DNA of 27,574 nt from Octopus sinensis (Eukaryota). Below, in pieces: positions 10,949 to 21,478 of this stretch. The notes beneath the pieces were generated by a model. The model was not told where the DNA came from. It was given only the letters and a program-made list of their open reading frames with translations, and did not search any database. The DNA lies in the NCBI RefSeq assembly GCF_006345805.1, contig NW_021827591.1:1-27574 (forward strand), written 5' to 3'. Numbering within the stretch: the stretch's first letter is position 1; every line of letters starts with the position of its first letter. The position numbers and the translations under genes were made by a program.

Positions 10949-11960
10949 GGCGTAGGAGTGGCTGTGTGGTAAGTAGCTTGTTTACCAACCACATGGTTCC
11001 AGGTTCAGTCCCACTGCGTGACACCTTGGGCAAGTGTCTTCTACTATAGCCTCGGGCCGACCAAAGCCTTGTGAGTGGATTTGGTAGACGGAAACTGAAA
11101 AGAAGCCCGTTGTATATATGTATATGTGACCACGTGTGTACCGTTGGCGATTTTTTTTTTTTCCCTCTGTCTTCCTTTCTCTGGATCTTTCCTTCTCCTA
11201 TGTTTCCGACGAAGAGCTCCGCTCGAAACGTTAAACCCTCCTTCTTTCCTTCTTTCCTTCTTTCCTGAGCGTCCAATAATACTATATTTGTTCCACGTCC
11301 TCGTGTTGTTGTGTCTTTTTGTGCTTTCTTGTTTGGATTAACTATATATGTACACTATCGTCAGAAATTAATTAGCACCCTTGATTTGCTCTTCACTCAA
11401 GGTATGTGCTGTCACCTAGTGGCCATATCTCGAACTATTGCTTTGTTGCGAGTTCACTGTTGCACAGAACAATGACGTAACTTTGTTTGCAGAGCAGTTT
11501 GAGAGTCTACAGCCTTATGATGTTGACACAGCAGTGCTACAAATTGGAGTGCGGATGCAGACAAATCTTCCTTTGTTTAATAGATATAGGTAGCGCCTCG
11601 CAAGGACCGAAATCACACCATACTAAGTTTTCTCATCGCGTAAGACGTTTTGAACAGCTCATAGGTTAATTGATTTAACCTATTTAATGTAGAAATTTGA
11701 GAAGTGCTAATTAATTTCTGACGCAAGTGTATATATATGCGTGTGTGTGTTTGTCCCCCTAGCATTGCTTGACAACCGATGCTGGTGTGTTTATGTGTCC
11801 GTTACTTAGCGGTTCGGCAAAAGAGACCGATAGAATAAGTACTGGGCTTACAAAAAGAATAAGTCCGGGGTCGAGTTGCTCGACTAAAGGCGGTGCTCCA
11901 GCATGGCCGCAGTCAAATGACTGAAACAAGTAAAAGAGTAAAGAGTAGGAGTAAGAGTAC
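10949..11960 (+). mobile_element. Family A SINE split by two nested insertions (5' half 10949-11125, 3' half ~11732-11960)
   Basis: The halves match the 7891 copy and are separated at the internal microsatellite. Confidence 0.88.
11353..11729. mobile_element. Tc1/mariner-type MITE (377 bp)
   Basis: Imperfect TIR: left cactatcgtcagaaattaattagcac; right end, read as reverse complement, cacttgcgtcagaaattaattagcac. TA target duplication on both sides (11351-52, 11730-31). Confidence 0.88.
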
Positions 11961-12079
11961 AGCTTAGATATCTCATGATTTGTGCCTCTGACTGTCGCAT
12001 ACGAACATGAGAATGCCCCCGACCCCATGGGCAAAAGAATGAAATAATTAAAAATATACATTACAAATTAAACTCCTTA

Positions 12080-12460
12080 GTGGCTGTGTGGTAAGTAGCT
12101 TGCTAACCAACCACATGGTTCCGGGTTCAGTCCCACTGCGTGGCATCTTGGGCAAGTGTCTTCTGCTATAGCCCCGGGCTGACCAATGCCTTGTGAGTGG
12201 ATTTGTTAGACGGAAACTGAAAGAAGCCTGTCGTATATATGTATATATATATAAGTGTGTGTGTATGTGTGTGTTTATCCCCCTAGCATTGCTTGACAAC
12301 CGATGCTAGTGTGTTTATGTCTCCGTTACTTAGCGGTTCGGCAAAATAGACCGATAGAATAAGTACTGGGCTTACGAATAATAAGTCGACTAAAGGCGGT
12401 GCTCTGGCATGGCCGTAGTCAAATGACTGAAACAAGTAAAAGAGTAAAAGAGTAAAGAGT
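12080..12460 (+). mobile_element. Family A SINE
   Basis: Matches the 7891 copy, with a short deletion in the tail. Confidence 0.9.
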
Positions 12461-12518
12461 ATGTACCCTGTTAGTATATAAAGTACCCTTGTTATATATA
12501 ATATAGCCATCGACATAC

Positions 12519-13325
12519 CTGTGTTTTGAGGCTGGGCTCTAGGCTGATTAAATCCTATGGCTGATTCGGAAGTGAACCCTGGTGGCACAGGTGGCTGGGA
12601 TTTTGAGGCATTTGTTGTTGGTGGGGGTACATACCCAGGTGGTGCAGGAGGCTTACCTTGACCTTGGCCTGATACTGGTGGCTGTGAGTAGCCTCCTGAC
12701 TGGGGTGGGGCATAGCCAGGTTGTTGACCCTGGTAGCCTTGAGGCTGCTGGTTTGGATACCCTTGTTGTTGATTGTAGTGTCCTTGTGGTTGCTGGTTAG
12801 GGTACCCCTGGGGTTGCTGTTGAGTAGGGTAGCCCTGAGGCTGTTGCTGATTAGGGTAACCTTGTTGTGGTTGCTGTTGATTAGGATGCCCCTGTGGCTG
12901 CTGTTGTCTTGGGTAGCCTTGTGGTGGCTGCTGGTTAGGGTACCCCTGTGATGGTTGTTGGTACCCCTGTGATGGTTGTTGGTACGCCTGTGATGGTTGT
13001 TGGTACCCCTGTGGCTGTTGTTGGTTTGGGTACCCCTGTGGTTGTTGCTGGGTTGGGTACCCTTGTGGCTGTTGCTGGGTCGGGTACCCCTGCGGTGGGG
13101 GCTGTTGTTGGTTGGGGTAGCCCTGTGGTGGTGGCTGCTGAGCGTTGTATCCTTGTGGCTGTTGCTGGTTTGGGTACCCCTGTGACTGCGGCTGGGTAGG
13201 GTACCCTTGCGATTGCTGTTGAGGGGTAACATTCGATGGAGTAGAAGGTGGTAGAGTTGGGTATGCACCTTGTGAAGGAGGTGAATCAGGGGCTGCTTGC
13301 TGTGAAGAAGGGGTGTCATCAGAAT
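12519..13325 (-). CDS. PLSCR: Scramblase coding exon 2: 269-codon Q/P/G/Y-rich repeat N-terminal domain
   Basis: Open frame with acceptor ttttatattttag|ATTCT and donor ACAG|gtatgt, phase 1-1. It contains 16 QGY repeats. PLSCRs are known to have Pro-rich N-termini. Confidence 0.92.
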
Positions 13326-13365
13326 CTAAAATATAAAATATTGAAAATATTAAGAAAACAGTTAT

Positions 13366-13396
<31 letters not shown>

Positions 13397-13457
13397 AATA
13401 ATATAATAATAATAATAATAATAATAAACGTATATAAATAATAATATATAAACGTAT

Positions 13458-13676
13458 TGTTTTGTTTTTGTTTTTGTTTTTCCAGTTTCAGCTCTTGAGC
13501 TGTGGCCATGCTGGGGCACCGCCATTGTGGTGAAAGAGTACAGCAGGGATCACCACCCCCTGCCGGAGCCTCGTAGAGCTTTTAGGTGTTTTCGCTCAAT
13601 AAACACACACAACGCCCGGTCTGAGAATCGAAACCGCGATCCTGCGACCGCGAGTCCGCTGCCCTAACCACTAGGC
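13458..13676 (-). mobile_element. tRNA-derived SINE (family B-like head) carrying a family A-type 3' tail
   Basis: Minus strand reads tggcctagtggttagggcagcggactc...ggtttcgattc (A and B boxes) ...ggcggtgccccagcatggccacagc...(aaaaac)n. Confidence 0.85.
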
Positions 13677-13696
13677 CACAGATACATTTATATAAA

Positions 13697-14160
13697 GATA
13701 TAAATGTATCTGTCAAGACCCACCAAAAACTGAGCAAATATAAAGATCTTGAAATAGAAATCAGCAAAATGTGGAACCCGAAGACTAAAACAATACCTGT
13801 TGTTATAGGTGCCCTGGGAATGATAGCAAAAGGGGCTGATTGCTACCTAACTCAGATACCAGGAAACCCAAAAATGGCAGAAATTCAAAAGATAGTGCTC
13901 ATGGGAACTGCTCATATCCTACGCAAAATACTTTCTATGTAATCTCAAGGTTTAAAACAAACCTAATTTTCGTTTTTTTTTTTTTAGACATTCACTAGTA
14001 CAACACCCCAAAAAAACCCCAAATATATGGCACACTTGGCATAACAACAACATCAACTTCCAACCTGTTGCCTCTTGAGGTCTCTGGGTGAGACTTGGAG
14101 CCAACTTGTACAAATATGAAGCAAAAGTCAAACATAGAATAATAATAATAATAATAATAA
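13697..14160 (+). mobile_element. 5'-truncated RLE-type non-LTR retrotransposon with an open C-terminus and (TAA)n tail
   Basis: 13700-13942 reads INVSVKTHQKLSKYKDLEIEISKMWNPKTKTIPVVIGALG...EIQKIVLMGTAHILRKILSM*. The tail aataataat lies at ~14138-14160. Confidence 0.88.
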
Positions 14161-16059
14161 AGGGTAAAATTAATTAAACAATTAATGATTAATAATTTTA
14201 CCAAGTAGTCCGGTATATAGTTAATCAAAGCCAGGTGGGTTCGTTATTTTTTCACTTTACCTGCGTGAGTTGAGAGTATTACTGTCTGGGAGATATCTTA
14301 TGGTAGTGGAATAGTATTTAACTGCTATTTCTAAATTTTGGTATGTGGCGAAGCAATTTTTGCTGAACCCTAATTATAATTATGCTGATAATTATGGAAT
14401 TCATTTGAAAGTGGAACGTTGCTATTGAGAGAAACGGTGACTATGTTGAGAAGTAGGGATGTAATTTATTTTGATGTATGATACATGTTCCTGTGTTGGT
14501 AATTGTACCTGTCCTAAACAAAATGGCATTACTTTTTGACTCATCCTTGTACAATGACAATTGTTTTGTCTGAATTCAATCTCATGAATCTTACTATATT
14601 ATGCAATGATATATGCAAGTATTGATTCCTGAGAAATCACAGTAATAACAGCTATTGAATCAGACTCATCAGAATTATGTATAAAATTCATTTGCAGCAG
14701 TAACTTGAATTATCAATAATTTATAACTATATCGAGTTGGACATGTTTACATAAATATATTTTCATAGTACAAGCAGAACAAAACAGAACAAAGCAAGTC
14801 ACTAGTTTGACTTAGCCGGTCACAAAGAGGGATGAATAGAAAAACAAAAGAAAACAAATAGAAAGAATAAAGAAATAGAAAAAAAAAAGTGTTTTCATTA
14901 TCAGGCAGTATAATGAATGATTGACAGTTTCTATCTCGGTAAAAGGATTTTATTGGTGTGTTCTTCAATAATGCTTTTAATGTCCATGGGATGTATTTAT
15001 TGACCCATCTATTTAGATAAGAAATCCATTTGTAGCTTCTCGTTTGTAGTTGTGAAAACTAGACTCTCAACATATTCATAGATTTTCAGATATGTGTTTG
15101 ATAAAGCAATCTCTGGATTATTGTCTTGTCTGATAGCCAGTACCCATGGATGAGCTTAGTTGGGTAAACTCCATATATATATATATATATATATATATCT
15201 CATGAAGTACATTTGCCACTTAAATGTGGCTAACCTGTAAGGGTCGCAATAGAGGACATTAAAGCATTCGAACAGATAGATGATTCAAAGGCAGACAAGA
15301 GAAACAACAATTAGAAGGACAGGCAAAAATCGACGAGTCATTTGTGGCCTTGTTTCCTCAGTCAAGTACCAGAAGTCACAACAGTTTCAGGCAGTTACAC
15401 TTGAGACAGTTCGATCTTGTTACCCCCCAAAAAGTCTAAGCATTAGACTCCTTTGTAAGAAAGCTAGTGAATGTGTAAGGTAACAAAGACAAAAAACAGA
15501 GAACATGGTACAACCAAGAGGGCTGCACTTCCCAATGGTACCTATGGTTAGGTGAAATGTACCTTTCTGTGATACTGTAGTACCTGCTTACAGCTAAGTA
15601 GAGTGTACTTCACAATGGTACCTGTATGCAGTAAAGTGAATCACACTTCATTGTGGTACCAACTTACAACTATGGAGACTGTACCGCAATGTGGTACCTA
15701 CCCATAAATATGAGTATTGTACTTTACTGTGGTACGCAGATATAGTGTGTACCTTTGGTATCTCTTTACAGACGACCCAAGAAAGAACCCTCAACTTGAT
15801 CTATTTGAAACAATAGCCAAATTTCCTTCAAATCACATTCTACCATCTGAAATAAACAAATGTAGTCCAAGATACACTAATCCAAAAATATGAGAGGAGG
15901 AGTTAGGGTTTTAGTTAAAATCAGAGGGACAGTACTTGTAATATTTCTCGGGGTTTCTGAGGATGGGGAAGGGAAAAGGAAGACCAGACTGGCTGAAGCC
16001 TTGCAGTAGGGTGGACATTGCTCAGGCAGCCCCACCCGCAAATGGTCAGGGGTGGGTAT

Positions 16060-16266
16060 TTAGCCTCATCATTGTCGTCGTCATCTTTGTAGTCATTATA
16101 ATCATCATCATCATCATCATCAATATTGTCTTCATTGCTATCATCGTCATCATCATCAACATCATCACTATCATCATCATCATCATCATCGTCATCATCG
16201 TCGTCATCATCATCATCAACATCATCATCAACATCATTATCATCATCATCATCATCATCATCATCA
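16060..16266. repeat. (ATC)n microsatellite beside the exon 1 donor
   Basis: Directly visible. It is the source of the poly-D/M/I/S ORFs. Confidence 0.95.
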
Positions 16267-16285
16267 AAGCTCTCTTTAAACTTAC

Positions 16286-16313
16286 CTTTTTTAGATGGAT
16301 TTGTGTCTGCCAT
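16286..16313 (-). CDS. PLSCR: Scramblase coding exon 1 (MADTNPSKK+G). The exon begins at the acceptor at 16339 and includes 5'UTR.
   Basis: Acceptor ttttggatttcag|ATATTTG, start context GAAAATGG, donor AAAG|gtaagt. Phase 1 matches the next exon. Confidence 0.8.
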
Positions 16314-16537
16314 TTTCAACTTGGGATCAAATCAAATATCTGAAATCCAAAAGAAAAAAAAAGCAATTAAATTTTACATTAATTATGAAATATCTAATTA
16401 AATCATAAACATCCGATTGCAATATAAACTGATCATTTAATAACTAAATTTAAGACTTTAAAAACATTGAGATAAATACAATACAATGCAATCAATATAA
16501 ATTTTTTTCACCTTTTTTGGTACCTGAGACCATGGTT

Positions 16538-17000
16538 CTATCTTAATATAAATTCGAGTGATGTTTCTCTGTCTGTTATGTTTATATGTTCATTAATTTC
16601 TCCCAGACCATTGGTGCAAGGATAACGAAACTCAAACCAGCAACTCCCCTAATCCCAGGGAATGCCCTAAGGAGGGGGGGTCTGTTTTTTTAAGGGCTGC
16701 CTAACTGGGGCCCCACTGATCCACGCCCCTTCCGCCTATTTTTACTGCATTTTAAACTAAATACATGTCATTGGCGACCAAATCGGGGCAATGACAATGA
16801 ATTTCATACCATGAACTCCCATGAAGTATCGTAAAGAGATTGAATTTCTAAAGTGCCACTTAAATGGGGCCCACTGATCCCCACCCTATTTTTAATGCTT
16901 TTAAACTAAATACATGGCATTGGTGATCAAATTGGAGCAATGACAATGAATTTCATACCATGAACTCCCTGAGAGTATTGTAAGGAGGTTCAATTTCTTA
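16538..17000 (+). mobile_element. Helitron-like 5' segment with an internal ~155-bp tandem duplication, cut by a SINE
   Basis: Starts tctatcttaatataaattcgagtg. The duplicated block ggggcccactgatcc...catgaactccc lies at ~16707 and ~16865. No 3' CTAG end seen. Confidence 0.5.
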
Positions 17001-17210
17001 TTTCTTTATTGCCCACAAGGGGCTTAACACAGAGGGGACAAGCAAAGACAGACAAGGGGATTAAGTCGATTACATCGATCCCAATGCGTAACTAGTACTT
17101 AATTTATCAACCCCGAAAGGATGAAAGGCTAAGTCGACCTTGGCAGAATTTGAACTCAGAATATAACAGCAGACAAAATACGGCTAAGCATTTCGCTCAG
17201 CATGCTAACA
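17001..17210 (-). mobile_element. SINE family C
   Basis: Reverse complement of ...gttctgagttcaaattctgccaaggtcgacttagcctttcatcctttcggggttgataaattaagtac... Confidence 0.85.
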
Positions 17211-17212
17211 AT

Positions 17213-17335
17213 AGAATAAGTACTAGGCTTACAAAGAATAAGTCCTGGGGTCGATTTGCTCAACTAAAGGCGGTGCTCCAGCATGGCCACAGTCAAATGA
17301 CTGAAACAAGTAAAAGAGTAAAAGAATAAAAGATT
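17213..17335 (+). mobile_element. Family A SINE 3' tail only
   Basis: tagaataagtactaggcttacaaagaataagtcc...gtaaaagag. Confidence 0.85.
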
Positions 17336-17384
17336 ATCTTGTAGTTAAGAGATTTTGACCATGTGATTATTTTATTCTTTTATT

Positions 17385-17576
17385 CTTATTCATGACTGTG
17401 GCCATGCTGGAGTACCACCTTTTAGTCAAGCAAATCAACCCCAGGACTTATTCTTTGTAAGCCTAGTACTTATTCTATTGGTCCTTCTGCCGAGCTGCTA
17501 AGTTATGGGGACGTAAACACACTAGCATCGGTTGTCAAGCAATATTGGGGGAACAAACACAGACACACAAACATAT

Positions 17577-17651
<75 letters not shown>

Positions 17652-17844
17652 CACATATATATATATACATATACATATATACAATGGGCTTCTTTAAGTT
17701 TCCATCTACCAAATCCACTCACAAGGCTTTGGTTGGCCCGAGGCTATAGTAGAAGACATTTGCCCAAGGTGCCAAACAGTGGACTTGAACCCAGAACTAT
17801 ACGATTGGTAAGCAAGCTACTTACCACACAGCCACTCCTACGCC
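17385..17844 (-). mobile_element. Family A SINE
   Basis: Reverse complement of the 7891 copy, ending gccactcctacgcc. Confidence 0.9.
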
Positions 17845-18639
17845 TATATCTTACAAGATTGTTTATTTTTAGAACGATATTGTAGGGTAAGTGCAAGAGG
17901 CAGGATCTGGACAGTTATAACATAAAGCAGACACAATATTTCAATTGGAAATGGCCAGTTTAAATAATAAAGGGCTAAACTCCCTCCTTAGCTGCTCCCT
18001 GAAAACCCCCTTCTCTTTTCACACTTTTGTAAGTTTATTCATCATGGCTACAAGAGCTTTGCTGGAAACATAAGAATTAATGATATGCAAATAGATTTTG
18101 GTGGAAAATGACTCAGAGGAGGGAGTCAAAGGTGGGGGAGTTTGGAGTGGGGTGTTTTAATTTTAGTTTGTTGTAATCAACTAACCGTTTAACCGTTTGA
18201 TCATTTGATCACAGCTTAATACCTGATAATTTCTGCATAGTTGAGGCACTGACAAAGCAACCATGTTTTAGTACTTATACACAGTGGTCGTGGTGGTGGC
18301 AGCAGTGGTGGTGATGATCATCATGATCATAATATCTGCAACGATGTACACAAATCCGTACATTATCAATTCTTAATCAAATAATGTAGGTGGGAGAGTG
18401 AGAGAGAGAGAAACATATGTATATATATATATATATATTTCTTTAAGTATTAGAAATAGTTTTAGAAAAGTTTTTTTAGCTGCTATTTCTAATGAGTTCA
18501 GTATGCGGCAAAGTAATTTATTTTACTAAGCCCTTTTATATAATGTAATAATTTGAATTCGCCTTAAATGGTCCCTTTGCATACTGAATACTTGGTGAAA
18601 TTGATTAATTAATTAATTTTACCCTCAATTGTTGAAATA

Positions 18640-18768
18640 TATATATATATATATATATATAATCTATATAATATATATATATATATATATGTATGTATAT
18701 CTATATATATGTATGTAATATATATATCTTATATATATATATATGTATATAATATAATATATATATAC

Positions 18769-18804
<36 letters not shown>

Positions 18805-18960
18805 ATATATATATATATATATACACATATATATATATATCATATATATACAATATATATATATATACATATGTAATATATAAATATGTGTGTGCATATA
18901 TATATACATGTATATATATAAATACACACAACGCACACATACATATATGTATATGTATGT

Positions 18961-19013
<53 letters not shown>

Positions 19014-19055
19014 GCATGTGCAAAGGTGTGAGATTTGCACGTTTGAATACATGTG

Positions 19056-19143
<88 letters not shown>

Positions 19144-19172
19144 GTGTGTGTGTGTGTGTGGTGTGTGTGTGT
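18640..19172. repeat. Long (TA)n/(TG)n compound microsatellite
   Basis: Directly visible. Confidence 0.95.
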
Positions 19173-19679
19173 TTTAGGCTTGTGTTTATCAAAGCTAAAC
19201 AAGTCGAGCAGGCCAACCAGGCAATGGATGACATCATCAAGATCGTCTGCAGCAGAGTTTTCCATATTGTTCTACCCAACAAAGACAATTTTTAGCTTAG
19301 GATTTTGATAGACCAGTAACACCATGACATCTGTCAGCCAGAAATGATTTTATAGAATTACTGTGTGGCCAATATTCTCAGTGCAGACAATCAATACTGC
19401 TGCAGCAGGTCTCAATATTTGCTGCAGAAGACTCCATTTTGAATTTTATATAAATATATAGTTACATACGTATATACATAGACACATACACACATACATA
19501 TATATATATATAAGTTCAGCAAAAATTTAGATTCAAATGAATATGGTACTTAATTTAGATGCACCAGAATCTTGTATGGTGTTATCCATATAAATCCGTG
19601 GGGTGATTATAATCAAAATAAGCAACAAGTCATTCTTGTTGCTTATTCTGAGTATATCATCATCATCATCATCATCATT

Positions 19680-19723
19680 TATATATATATATATATATAT
19701 ATAAATATATATATATACATACA

Positions 19724-19757
<34 letters not shown>

Positions 19758-20655
19758 CATGCATATGCATGTACATATGTACATACATACATGCATTTAT
19801 ATATGCATATATACATACATATGCATACATGCATATATATATATGCATACAAACGTTCCTACAAATATATAAACACTTGTGTGTGTATATATGTGTGTAT
19901 GTATATATATATATATATACATATATACACACACACACACGTACACATGTGTGTATAAATTCATGAATGTATGTATGTATGTATGTATGTATATATGTAT
20001 GCATGTGTGTGTATTTATATTTATCTATGTATAGATAGATTGATAGAAATATATACACGTGTATATATATATATATATATATATCTCCACACCCATACAT
20101 AAAAAGTATCTCTGTTTAATTGTAGCATTTCTCTCATAGGAACACTTAGATAGTTGCTAAATTTGGCTGCGTATACATTACACTCTAGATCTGTCCTTTT
20201 ATATACATACATACATACATCATACATACATACATACATACATCATACACACATACATACACACATACATACATACACCATACATACATCACCATAACCT
20301 ACATACATACATCTACACACACACATACATACATACATACATACATACATACATACATACACACATACATACATACATACATACATAACAAACATACATA
20401 CACACATACTACATACACACCATACATACATACAGACATCCATACATACATACACCACATACACACATACAAAATACATACATACAACATACATACATAC
20501 ATACACACATACATACATACATACATACATACATACATACAAACACATACATAATACATTACATACATACATAACATACATACATAAATACATACATACA
20601 TACATACATTACACCCATACATACATACATACATACATACATACATACACACATC
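19680..20655. repeat. (TA)n/(CATA)n compound microsatellite block
   Basis: Directly visible. Confidence 0.95.
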
Positions 20656-21258
20656 AGCATCAGCATCAGCATCATCATCATTTAACATCCGCTTTCCACG
20701 CTGTCAAGGGCTATATATACATATAATGAAATATGAACGTGCGTGCGTGTATGTGTGTGTGTGTGTATTTGAATGTCTGTGAATTCTATATGAACACTAC
20801 ATGGGAACGTGGTATTACAGGAATCCTACATGGTTCCCACATGAAAATGCATTGCCGTGTGACTCCTGTTATGGACCCTAAATGAAAGTGTGTTAACATA
20901 GGAACCCTACGGGTCCCTACATGGAAGTGTAGCATTACAAGAACCTCACATGGTTTCCAACATGAAAGTGATTCCTACATGGACTTTACATGAAAAAATA
21001 CCAACATAGAAATCCTACATGGGCCATACATTGAAGTATTGCATGAAAATGCAGCAATGAGTGATATCTACATGGTCCCTACATGAAAGCATGTTAAGGT
21101 AGGACTTGCACATGAGACCTACATGCAGGAAGCACATCACAGGATTCCCACATGCTTCCTAGATGAAGGCATAGTACAATGGCAAATGGAGGAAGGACAC
21201 AAAAGATTGGCAGAATCATTAGAGAATGAGAAGAAATAAATTGCATTACTTAATTACA

Positions 21259-21478
21259 AGGCAGCGAGCTGGTGGAACTGTTAGCACACCAGGTGAAATG
21301 CTTAGCAGTATTTCGTCTGTCTTTATGTTCTGAGTTCAAATTCTGCCAAGGTCGATCTCGCCTTTCATCCTTTCAGGGGTCGATAAATTAAGTACCAGTT
21401 GCATATTGGGGTCAATCTAATCGACTGACCGCCTCTCCCAAACTTTTGGGTCTTGTGCCTAGAGTAGAAAAGATTATT
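21259..21478 (+). mobile_element. SINE family C
   Basis: aggcagcgagctggtggaa...gttctgagttcaaattc...cctttcatcctttcaggggtcgataaattaagtacc. Confidence 0.85.

Larger units (their letters stand above)
173..16339 (-). other. PLSCR: Phospholipid scramblase gene model (10 coding exons, 522 aa). A non-coding 5' exon is implied further upstream but not located.
   Basis: Exons joined by hand: 28+807+123+78+77+131+121+103+59+42 = 1569 nt, all GT-AG with consistent phases. The translation shows the PLSCR family motifs in the expected order. Confidence 0.95.

Noticed and set aside
12555-13319. 254-aa His/Asn/Ser-rich alternative-frame ORF and + strand ORFs over the repeat exon
   Set aside because: These are shadow frames of a repetitive exon. 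Only the Q/P/G/Y frame fits the splice phases.
15921-16319. 132-aa poly-Asp ORF and the overlapping poly-Met/Ile/Ser ORFs
   Set aside because: Read-through of an (ATC)n microsatellite. Only the first ~10 codons belong to the real exon, which ends at a gtaagt donor.
18664-20688. Many YI/MYV/HT repeat ORFs
   Set aside because: Translations of (TA)n, (CATA)n and (TG)n microsatellites.
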